Below, one piece after another: positions 13,901 through 25,900 of a stretch of DNA of 64,000 nucleotides (position 1 is its first letter; each line of letters opens with the position of its first letter). Made by a program: the position numbers and the translations under genes. Below the pieces are notes generated by a model that made no database searches, was not told the origin of the DNA, and saw only the letters and a program-made list of their open reading frames with translations. The stretch is taken from NCBI GenBank assembly GCA_965285935.1, contig OZ260666.1, positions 43,152,001 to 43,216,000 on the forward strand, written 5' to 3'. The stretch comes from Ophelia neglecta. Taxonomy: Eukaryota.

Positions 13901-16900
13901 TAGTGTAATGTATGTTATCTGAGTGAGTGAATGATACTTTTACATGTTTATGGTATTTAAACGTGAAGTATTGTAGGACTAAAGGAGCCTTTACTTGATA
14001 ACACCTGTCAAATGTGAACCCAATAGATCTAGTGCCCTTTTTGTGTTGTATGGCAGACGGACCAATTGTAGTTGACAAGGTTTGCCTTGAGGGCCATCTG
14101 GTGAGCAAGGTTCACCACACCTACATGAACACATGTACAAGGAGCTAACCAGAAACATCTCATATATCAGACCTCGGCAAATAGCAGAACCTCTCTTATT
14201 ATTAGTATTTTTATATCCTATGGGGTTTCTTATGCTGTGTCTGTTTCAGGAGATGAGGTTTATTTTTGAAAGTCTCCTCCCAAAAAAACAATATTGTATT
14301 TTGATAACCAGCTAGTTTATCAACAAGGGACTGACTTGTCTTTTTTATTTATCAAATAACCCCAAAACAAACTGATATAGAACTCTGGTCCTGCCTACCC
14401 ACTTATCTGGTCTGGAGAAATCACTGAAATTAAAGTACTGAATACTATTCAAATATTGAAGCTCACACCGGTTTGTTTGTGGACAAATACCGCCTGGACG
14501 GTGTCACAGGGTGGCACATTGACACTCGCAGCGGTGTCATTCTCCAGGTAGATCTCGTCAGAGCTCGCTGATCAGCTCAATTTGTGACAAGGATAAAAAC
14601 TAATGCTATGACAACAACATGACATGTCAACTGACTACAGAGCATGTATAAAGGTAAACCTCATTGTCAATCTGATATTATCATGACCTCAAGGACTTAG
14701 ATGGAGATCACTGAATGGGGAATTTAACAGGTTAATAGCTCCCTAATGGAGGAAATTCCTGTTGTGTTGGAATGTCTCTGGTAAAAATCAGAAAACTGGA
14801 TAGGTGACTCACACTAAAGCTATCTTAGACCAGTCTGGGCGCGAGTGTGGGGCGTTGGGCATGGGGCATGGTGCAGGAGGGGGGGGGCGTGGGGAGTGAG
14901 ACTGGGTTGTCAGAGTGGGTTGTCAGAGTGGGTTGTCAAGAGTGGGTTGTCAAGAGTGGGTTGTCACGGTGGGTTGTCAGGGTGGGTTGTGAGCGTGGGT
15001 TGTGAACATGGGTTGTGAACATGGGTTGTCACATAGGCTGTCGTTATCTGGTACGGCCCCTGTGTACTACCAATATTGGTAGTACACAGGGGCCGTACCA
15101 GATAACGACAGCCTATGGGTTGTCAGGGTGGGTTGTCAGAGTGGGTTGTCAGGGTGGGTTGTCAGGGTGGGTTGTCAGGGTGGGTTGTCAGGGTGGGTTG
15201 TGAACATGGGTTGTCAGAGTGGGTTGTCAGGGTGGGTTGTGAGCGTGGGTTATGAGCGTGGGTTGTGAATATGGGTTGTCAGGGTGGGTTGTCAGAGTGG
15301 GTTGTCAGAGTGGATTGTCAGGGTGGGTTGTCAGGGTGGGTTGTGAGCGTGGGTTGTGAGGGTGGGTTGTGAGGGTGGGTTGTGAACATGGGTTGTCAGG
15401 GTGGGTTGTCAGAGTGGGTTGTCAAGGTGGGTTGTGAGCGTGGATTATCAGAGTCGGTTGTCAGAGAGTGTTTTCAGAGTGGGTTGTGAGCATGGGTTGT
15501 GAACATGGGTTTTCAGAGAGGGTTGTGAGGGTAGGAGGTGAGCGGGGGTTGTGAGAGTGGGTTATGAGAGTGGGATGTGAGAGTGGGATGTGAGCATGGG
15601 TAGTGTGTGTTGGTTGTGGGCGTGGGTTTGGTACATGGGTAGTGTGTGTTGGTTGTGGGCGTGGGTTTGGTACATGGGTAGTGTGTGTTGGTTGTGGGCG
15701 TGGGTTTTTTACATGGGTAGTGTGTGTTGGTTGTGAGAGAAGGTTCAGGCATGGCAGTTCTCAGTGACATTTCCTCAGACCCAGAGCGTGAAGACCTTGA
15801 CATAGACTATATCCAGAAAAATTGGCAGCAGTCTGCTTGATTCCAATTTCATGATTATCTTACTGATATTTATATACATGGTGTCCATATTTTTCTTATT
15901 TGTTATACACCATTAGATCAATTTCATTTGGCATTTTCCCATCCTAGTCAGAGCCAGGACTCTTTCCTTAGTTAAGACATGTTTATTTATTCTTGTCCCC
16001 TAATGACCATGTTTAATCTAGAGGGGTCCTTAGATCTCCTGGAGGGCTGTAATAAAACCAGTCCAGCTGTACTCCAAGGTCTCCTATCAGATTGTTACAG
16101 AGGTTCTAGTGGACATTAATACAGCAGCTGGTCCTGCTCTTAGTATCATATCTGAAGTGAGCTTTATATTACCTGTGATCAGGTGATACTGCCCCTTGGC
16201 ACTATCCAGTTCATAGGGTCAGAGGGGCTAACCAATGGTTTATTGGCCCTGATTGAGTACCTGTATAGTATATAAATTGTCTACATGGACCTTATCTACC
16301 AGTGTCATGTGTCAGCAGTAGACACTGCTGGTCTTAGGTTAGTCACACATGACAGTCTCTACCCTCCACCAGATGGAAGCTGCCAACAAGAAACTACTAA
16401 AATTGGTATTAGATTATACCCAGCCCACTTGTATTTACATCTAACAAGACATGAGCCATGTGCTGCAGTCTCTGTCAGACAAATTAACAGGAATGGTTCA
16501 ACAAGTAACCCCCTAGCTGAGGGCCATGCCCGCCTTAATGAAGAGATGTTAGTACCACCTCAACCCTCTTCTTTACTCCAGCTGTAGGTCACAGCCAATG
16601 TACATGAATCTATGAGACAATATAAGATTTAACTCTCCCCCCCCCCTCCCCCCTCCCCTGCCTCCATCTGCTGCTACCCCATCCTCTGCTCCTCTTATAA
16701 TTCTGAATCACACCTAATTAAGAAATCTAAGGTAATTGCCAACATCAGGAATGTATAAGTGCAAAAGAAACACATGTCTGTGGAAAATAAAGCATGTTTT
16801 TTAACTGCTCTAAGCATTGAAATTATTAGAGTGACAGTAAAAGAAATTATCTGAAGATTGGCTGATAGAAGGACATTTTTGAAACATAAGATGATAAAAA

Positions 16901-19900
16901 AGCTGCTCAGATTAACTGATTGGAAGTCATTCATGAAATGTCTCACAAATGTATTTTTTTTAAGTGCAAGATGCCGGTGGCTTTCAGAAGTGGTGTGCCA
17001 ACTAGGCTTAAATATACAGCTTGGGAATTTGATCAGCCCCACCAAAACTTATTAAAATTAGCCTTTGATGATTGAGAAATGGGGGACAATGATTTGCATG
17101 CCTGCATGTCCCATGTAGGTGAGCCTTGGTAATGAGTACCGGGAGCCTGGTAATGAGCATGTGTTAACATTCAGCCAGATCTCCACTGCCTCATGCCCCA
17201 GACCACACCCCTTGTATCTGATGTGCTAACCCCCAGCTGTCAGATACCAGTATCTCCTGTCTACAGACAACAGGAGCACTGCTCCCACGTGCTTGATATC
17301 CTAGTCCAGCCTACCAGAAATGTCAAAGATCCTTAGATAACTAGAAGATCATATCCTATATGTCTTGCCCTTGCTGAACTTGCTCACAAGGCACAAAAGG
17401 TGAACCAGCTAACATTCCCTATTGAGTTTCAGTAAGGCTGTGGTACCATTGGCCAAAGGATTGTGAACTTGTAGGCGGCTGTGTAGAAATGATCTCCTCA
17501 TGGCTGTTACCAGGTTTGATCTGTAGAGTACACAGGTGTTGCTGGATGAGAAGACAGGCCTGATCTTGTGTCATTTTATATCCTAATTTCTTCAGGGAGA
17601 ATTAGACAGTGTTGAACTACAATTAGCCAGCATACCTCCGGGTAAAAACCTTCCCAGTGCTGTATTAGTTATTTTAATTGAATCTAGCAACAACTGTATG
17701 GCTAAATATAACTTTTACTTCTAGGGGTTATTTTCCTGTTGAAATAAGAAATTTCAGCCCACTAAATAACTTTGTAGAGATTGTAGAAGTCATTGGGTGA
17801 CCTTTCAGTAAGATACTTGACCCTGCATTAAGTTACTCAGTCTTACAGGTTAGTTGTTTAATACTGAGAACTGTGATAATATGATGGTATCACCTATTTC
17901 TCATCCATCATAGTTTGACATTCAGATATATCAGCTGGGTGGTGTGTTCTGCTCTGTCTGCCTCCCCAGCCATACAGTGCCTACAGGTACCTACAGGTAC
18001 CTCCAGCCCCCAGGCCCCCACAGATCTACCTGATACATGGCCCACTGGAAGTATATATGATAAGGATACCACAAGCTGGCATTCTTTGTCAGTCGGCAGC
18101 CTGCCAAATCCTCAGGCTAAATCAACCATTTTCATATCTCTAACAAATGAACGACCTTGGCATGCCTGTAATGTAATGGCCTGCTAAATTGTCTCTCACT
18201 CCGTTTTTGTTATTAATGAGTTGAGCTTTAAGGTGATCTTTAAGTGTTAAGTCCAGTTACTGAATGGATTAATCAGGGTCTGAGTACAGTAATGGTACAA
18301 ATAATAGGCAGCTAAGTGATTACTCCATCTGTTGATCTGAGTGAAATGTCAAATTGCCGTGATGTATGGTATTTTGTCAAATTGACAGACAATTAGCAGA
18401 CCAGCTGTAAACGTACAGATGTGCTGGGTGCATTCCTCAATGATAAATTAGTCATTGTTAGCAGCAACCAGTTAGGAAGGATGTCAAATCTCTTACATAC
18501 ACAAGAATATGTCAAGAGCATTTAGGGTAAATCAGCAATGAGATCATTTCTCAGGCTATATCTCTCTAATACATGCTGTGATAGAACGTAGATGATAAAG
18601 ACGATATAAATGTGTATTTAATATCTGTACATGTATGTGCCTTGCCAGATGACTGGTATTAGGATTGCATCCAACAGAATTGGGGAGTCCCAGGACATCA
18701 GAGGCAGTCAAGAAGGCGCCATTTGACGAAATGTTGATTCTGGCAGGGAGTGGTGGCAGCCTCCTTTGGGCCTTTACTGTACAAAACAGGGTTGATTGTC
18801 TGTTACTGGAGCCTAGATGACAGACACCAGCTGGGATCGACCCTTGTAGATCATCAGATCCACTCCACCATTACATATTAACTATGGTCAGAGGAGATTA
18901 TAATGTTGAGAATCTACCTGGACGTATACCCCCTCGGGTTTGCTGGTGTTATTGTAAACAGACACAATTTCTCATCTTGTCAGTGTTTGAAGTGGAGCTA
19001 GCAGGATATATTGTTGGTGTTGAGTAGATCTGTGGCTGTGATTGATTTACATGGGCTAGCTCTAGAGGCAGACAAAGATGCTAGATGAGAGAGATAGGTA
19101 AGACAGTAGGCCAGTTACTAGGACCACTAGAAAATAAAAAATCACAATCCTGCAAGTCTGATTCTGTAGCACCAGGAATCAAATAAGTGCGTCTCCTCTG
19201 GAGAAATGTAGCTTAGTCTGTGAGTGGAGTGTAAACCACTGATCAGTGAGCAATGGGCTTGGCCTTTAAATGGAGTAGACTCGTTATTACTCAACTGTCA
19301 GGATTGTGTTTTTTTGCCTTAGAGCATTGGCATAGGTGTCATTCTTTGCCACTTTCCACTACTTTTGTTGTATTCTGAGGGGATGATGAAGCCTGCAGAC
19401 TTGGTAGGGCCTGGTTCTGCAAGCCTCAGACTTTGAGGTGAGACTTTGAGCCAGCCTATCAGCTGCCAGACAGCACCTCTCTTGATAAAGTCAGCTTCAA
19501 GGAGGTACAAAAAGTGGGGTTTGACTCACAGTGTTCGGTGGCTGTTTACCAATGATTTTCCAACCAACCTGGTTCCGATCATCAGGGTAGCTTTACGTTA
19601 TGAGCAGATCGTATCTAAGTACAAATCATCTTCTACCATCATGTTTAGAACTCAGGGTAGGCAGTAAACTTCCTGAACAGCCCACCAGAAGACACTGGCA
19701 TACTGCTTAAAGCAGGGCTGCCAGCCATTCATTCATCATTGGTGGCAGTTCACAGCATTTGTTTTGGGAGATTTCCCTGTGGAGTTAATGAGAGATTGAA
19801 GGAGCTGTTTGCCTTACAAGATTGACTGCCATAGCAGACATAGTCAGGGAACGCATAAATTGGTGGTTGACTGGCCACAGTGCAGCTGTGTGGAACTGAC

Positions 19901-22900
19901 ACAAGATTGACTAGACATACGGCAGGTATGCCTCCAGTGGAGGGCTTGTTGGACTCCTCAGAAACACCTCTCACATCCCGCCAGTACAGAAACTATTCAG
20001 CACAGGCCTTGGAAAGCTTTATCTTCTTCCTGACTACACAATGACAATTCATTCCCGTGATTCGGGATATGAAATATTAGGACAGAAGAAGGTGAAACCC
20101 AATGGGTGCCACCGAGGGTGAAATGTGTTTTCAAGGCATGTATTGTAACTCAAGGATTCACCTCAAGGAGTGTGCTTGAAAGTTTTCTATAACCCATCAA
20201 GAAAGGAATAAACCAGCATCATGGTCAAGAGACTTTAATTACCTTGTTAATGCTGGTGGTTCACAATAATATTATACCTTCAGTGATGGTGGGCCTTCAC
20301 AGTGTATAAATTATTATATTGTACTAGTGACCTAGTAGTGGGAGTCAAATGTACCAGAGGTGGTGAGGTCAGAGTATCAAATCTCTCTGGTAAACTGATA
20401 GGGACTATAGCTACCTCTAGGCGACACCTGGTTAAACCTACATCCATGTGTTTTTTTCTCGGGGTACCGTAGTAGGAAGTATTGCATGCCTGGAGGCAGT
20501 GCCACCAGGCCTGGTCAGGGGTGTAAACAGGTTGCCTGTTTGACACTCACCCACTTCCTTCCTAACTAATACATGCAAAACCTACCAGGCAAGCGTTTAC
20601 CAGGCTACGCCACACAGCACAAAACCCACAGCACAAAACTCACACCACAAAACTGGTGTTGAGGCTCGCTGGTTCAGTAGGAGGAGTGGGATATGGCCCG
20701 CAGCAACTTTTTCTGGCCATGTGCTTTATTGTTGGATTATAATCTGGATTAGAACAGAAATACACTATCCAGACCCGGCTGCTTCCAGATCAAATCATAG
20801 ATAATCATATAATCTATTGATTTTGTGATCAGATCTTCTAGAACAATCTCCTGATTTGGAATATCTTTTTGGAAATTGGAAAAGTGTGATCATGTATATA
20901 AGGCAATAGGCAGCCTTATGTATGTATTCCTGGGGTGTTGGTTGGTTTCATCGGACATTGACCAGAAAGGGAAATGTGTCCTGAACAGGAAGGCCTTTGA
21001 CACATGAAGCAGGAAAAAATAATGTAGGCATAAAAAAAAACCCATATCTATATACAATGTGAGCTGTGGTGGGTGACACATGTTTGTATGGGACATGCAC
21101 TGTTTGACGGAGACTCTTCCTGAAGGAGGAGCTAAAAGAGGAAAATAATAGTAGACATCAGCCAAAAGTATGTATGAAGAGCTAAAGTCATAACATGTGT
21201 AAGAGTAAAAGTTTTCTAGAAAACTTGACTGTACTTAGCCGTCTGAGGATACTCTGAGGAAATTATTCACAAGTGCAAGAAAAGTTTAGCTATACATTAA
21301 CAGGGAAACAAGACATTTTTCCGGTGAACTTGAACTGATGCAGTGTTTCTAGATTAGCTGCCTTTCTTAAACCTACAGTGAACTGAGTGGGGAAAAAACC
21401 CAGAGACCGTGCCGTGGATTTATCGTGTTTTTTACAATGGATAGGATTTCTTATTTTTACAGTGTATTAGTTGAGCATTTTCTCCACTAAAAGCCTCTAG
21501 TCCCTGCTATTAAGAGAGGTTTTTCTCATTTTCTCTGACATTCTATTGTGATCTCAGACAGATGTGGGTTATCTTGATGTTCACCATTGTGATATTGTAA
21601 TAATTCCATAAACACCACATTCCAACATGGTTGAAAAAATGGACCAGCTGATTCAGAACCTTGTGCAACTTGGAAAGCGTTACCCAGGTGAATGGATTAT
21701 TTATTGTGTTTACCACAACTTGGGTGATAGTTTTCATGGTTTAAAGTGCTTTATGCCAAATTATTGAAATGATGTAAACTTTTATGGGGATATGATTGAA
21801 ACTGGAATGTAAACACTGTTTAAAAAACAATTGGGCAACAAAGGCAGTGTAGGGTGGGAATTTACTGTTTGTATTAGGGTTCATATATCGTATGCTCAAT
21901 TAATGTGTTTACTACAAATTGAACCAAATTATTATACCAAATTTAATACATAGAAAGCAGGTTTTAGGTCATTTGCTGCCCCGGGAAAAAATGTAGCCGA
22001 AGCGAGCAGTCTATCAGTAGTCATTTGAGCACGGTGCCAGGCGGCCTCTTGTTTGGAATCCTTCATTTCATGTCAATTACTGGTAAAACTGACTGCCCTA
22101 GCCCACTCTATATAAAGATGCCACCTCATTATTAGATGTCTGCTCCCAGTGTCAGATTGGAATATTAAATCCCAAAATAGGACCAATAGTTTGTGGATTC
22201 TGTAATTATTCAAGCCTACAAGAATGTTTTCGGGTGATTTGTTGCACACTTTTCATTTACTTGCCATGTTTCCAATTAAGATGGCTCACGGGTTGAATAT
22301 GTGCTGTGCCTGTGCACAAGTGCAAATATTAAAACATAATATATCAAGGAAACTTTAAAAGAAAAAACTGAACATTAGTTGTAGTGGTGCTTTCTCATAT
22401 TATTAAGAGAAACTCACCTTGTAAAATATCATATGTGCAAAAGTATTGGTTATAAATATCTCCATATTGAAGTATACCGTTATTATCTGTCCCATATGTG
22501 AACCTTTTTGTGAAGAAGGTTATTAATTTTACTTAGGAAAATGTGTGTTGGGTGTATATTAATTATTCCCTATGCGTTGCCTCATTGTAATCCAGCTGGT
22601 ATGGCTCTGAGATGGTTATGAGTTGACAGCTGGGAGTGTAGTGAGAGGTTTCCTCTGTTTATTAGTACAATGGGTGTAGAAAGATGATCTCCAACCCAGG
22701 TTTCTGACTTGATACTACCTGTACACCCAGCTGACTACAGATGCCAAATTCTAGAAAAATCTACCCTCCAACAGATACAATTCCCTCCCTTCTTGCCCTC
22801 TTACATAGGATGGATAAACATTCCTGCCCAAAACATTTTGCCTATTAGATATCAGTCCATTACGCCATCAGTTTTGCCACTAGCTCAGATGTTTGAAGCA

Positions 22901-25900
22901 TAAACTGACCTTCTGCGCTATCTCAATGGTTCTCTTTAACCATCTATTACCAGGGGAAAATCTGTGCTGCTCATCACTGTGAGCCATGGCTTCAACTGAA
23001 GTTGGTCCCAAGAAACTTGGGTGGCAGAAAAACGCAAGTGTGTAGAAATTGGCCAGTTGCTAGTCAGGTTGAGCTATGATGTGAGCCAATCCCTCCAAAA
23101 TTGAGTTAATTCAGACTCCATGTCAGTGCACATTTCAACAAGTCAAACTCAAAAAGAGCCAGACTTGCAAAAAATGGCCAAGACCTGAATGAAGAAAAGC
23201 ATGTTTACACATGGCTTTCTTTAATAATGTTGTTTTGTTTATTATTATTTCTTAATAATAGATTGAGAAATGGAAATAATTGTTGAATGAGTTATTAATG
23301 TTTTTACTTTATTTTGCAGAGGGCAGTGATGTGGTACACCACACTCCGAGGTTCGTCCGCGACACATCTAAATACTGGTATAAACCACACATCTCCCGGG
23401 AAGAAGGTAAGAAAACCTCTTGTAAATCAACCTAGGTGTGAGTCATTGAATGTGTTGTATCGAGGAAGTGTGAAGTAGGTCTTGAAAGGCATTCACTGAT
23501 GGACAGTTATGTCTCTTTAGTTCTTACCATTGCAGAATTTTTCGAAATTTTCTTATCCCAGTTTAACAAGTGAAGGAATCAAAGGTTAATTTTATCATGC
23601 TAAATTGCATGTGTACTGCAGTCCAAGTTAGTCTATATTCACTGTGAGAACATAACATCAGTCATGTCCGTCCGTAGATCAATTGTGAATGAGACAAATA
23701 ATTGGGATAACTCATCAGGGGCTTGTTTTGTTCTTGCAGCTGGTAAATCAACGGGTGCCGGCTTTAATAAGTTGTTAAGAGTAGCAGCAGCACCACAATA
23801 AAACTGATTATGTAGTCTTATGTGCTGGCAGCAGTATGGTATCTAGGCTCATCAGACTTAAGTGTTCTCCTGTCTCGCAATGCAATTTACTTTTTAGAGT
23901 TTCTGGGAAATCAATCAAAAAGTGAAAGCTGCAGTTTCTCACTCTTGTTATTTCTTCTTTTTTTACTGACGTTTGATGCGATTCGACAAATCAAATACCT
24001 TTCAGCTGAACCAGTTTGATTTTTACCTCCAGGATACTATCAGAATCATGATTTGTATAAATGATACTGTCTTCTAGGAGGAAAGGGGGTAATTAAGACT
24101 GATTATATATGTATATCAATCAATTATTATTTTATTGGCTGTTTAACCTTTTATGATGCATTGGAATCCAGACCTGAATCAATCTGGAGTCATAAGTCCA
24201 GTCCTGTTCTGTAGATTGTTGATGTACATTAACTCTTTCACTGCTAAAGGTTATGCAAGCTGCATAACTGTGTTCGCCAATCTACTTCCATTAATAGGTA
24301 TCAGATTTAAGGCTTTTCCAAAATAGTATTCATTTTTTTAAAGGTGTCTGTATTTAACTGTGACATTCCGTAGGTAACGAGTGAAGCTACTTATGGATTA
24401 TTCTGGCAGTTGTCATAGTAACTGTACTTGTTGTGCTACTTATTATGGTGTTATAAATGGCAAGGAAACATATTGACATATTGTCAGCATTGGCAGTGAA
24501 AGGGTAATGTTGAAAAAAGCCGATCTTGGCAGTGAAACAGTTAAGAAATATTTCAGTCGATCTGTTTTAACTTTGCCTTGTTTCTGTTTCTAGCAATAAC
24601 CATTCTGAAGGACAAGCAGCCAGGTACCTTTGTGGTACGAGACTCTAACTCTTTCCCAGGCGCGTTTGGTTTGGCGGTAAAAGTGGCACAGGTGCCACCC
24701 AATGTAACCACCAAGGGTGGTGACCCAGCGGCAGAGCTAGTAAGACACTTCCTCATTGAACCAACACCCAAAGGAGTCAAACTGAAGGGATGCAGCAACG
24801 AACCAGTCTTTGGTGAGAATACACAAGTGATGCTTCTATTTTATATGGTAGAATTTTGCTTTCTACCATCAGTAATTGAAGTATGAAGGTGAAACTGTTA
24901 CTATGAGTTGATTAACTCTGAACCTGGAAAGATACTTTGCTGGAAGTTGCTCACAGCCAAAAATGAATTTGCTGAAATTATCGAACTTGATTTTAGATAA
25001 ATTCTACAACAAACAACTCAGTCTTATTATTAGCCACCTAAAAAGTCGTGCTGACAGAAAATCCTTTATTTGCACTGGTTCAAAATGTTATTAATATATT
25101 AAAAAATGGCAGTAAACAATGTTACTATAAGGTAGTTTTGTATCACCTTAGTATTATGGTTTTTATCCTATTTCATTGAAGATTTAATATTAATGTTTTG
25201 TATTTTGTATTCAGGGAGCCTGGCTGCCATGGTTTACCAGCATTCTATCACTCCTCTGGCACTGCCTTGCAAGCTACTACTTCCAGAAGTTGGTGAGTAG
25301 TATTGATCAAATAGATTTAATACGGCAGTCAATTAGAAGTAGTTTAGCTTACTCCATCAGATGGATTTAAGAAGGCGTGTTCTTGGTGACTTTTTTTTGA
25401 ACAAATGATAAAACAGCCTTGTATAGAACTTGTACATGTAATGTACATCTTTGATCCTATTTTTTAATCTTCATGAACATGTATACTATGTAATTAGGCC
25501 TTTTTAGGTATAATTATTGTACATGAATGTCATTAGAAGTATGTAGGAAAGACATAATAGTATCAAATGTGTAGTGTGAATAACACTGTAAATTGTCATG
25601 TAAGTTCCATTACAAATACTTAATAAAGTTAAATTAGAACAATAGACTGAGGACACATAGACATTCACCTCTGAAGTATTTTAACATACAATTTATGTAC
25701 AGGACTGGTATACACTTGTACTCTTAATGTGGCTTCTGTTGTGCAATATTTGTATGTGGCTTTAGTATTATGTAGATGTATGTATATTGTGTGCAGTGCT
25801 GCTAACCCCTGACAATAAATATCACAGTGATAACATGTTATAACAGACTGATAACCTGTTAAAGCAGACTGATAACCTGTTATTGTACATTGTTATGGAC

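Noticed and set aside
14902-15595. Interstitial telomeric repeat
   Set aside because: The unit is a 13-mer with a GGGTTGT core, not TTAGGG.
15513-15803. Minus-strand ORF with [13 protein letters not shown] repeats
   Set aside because: It is explained by the 39-bp satellite (a multiple of 3). There is no other evidence of a gene.
18640-18790. Possible minus-strand nested exon ([18 protein letters not shown]...)
   Set aside because: The acceptor is plausible, but there is no canonical donor, partner exon or recognisable homology.
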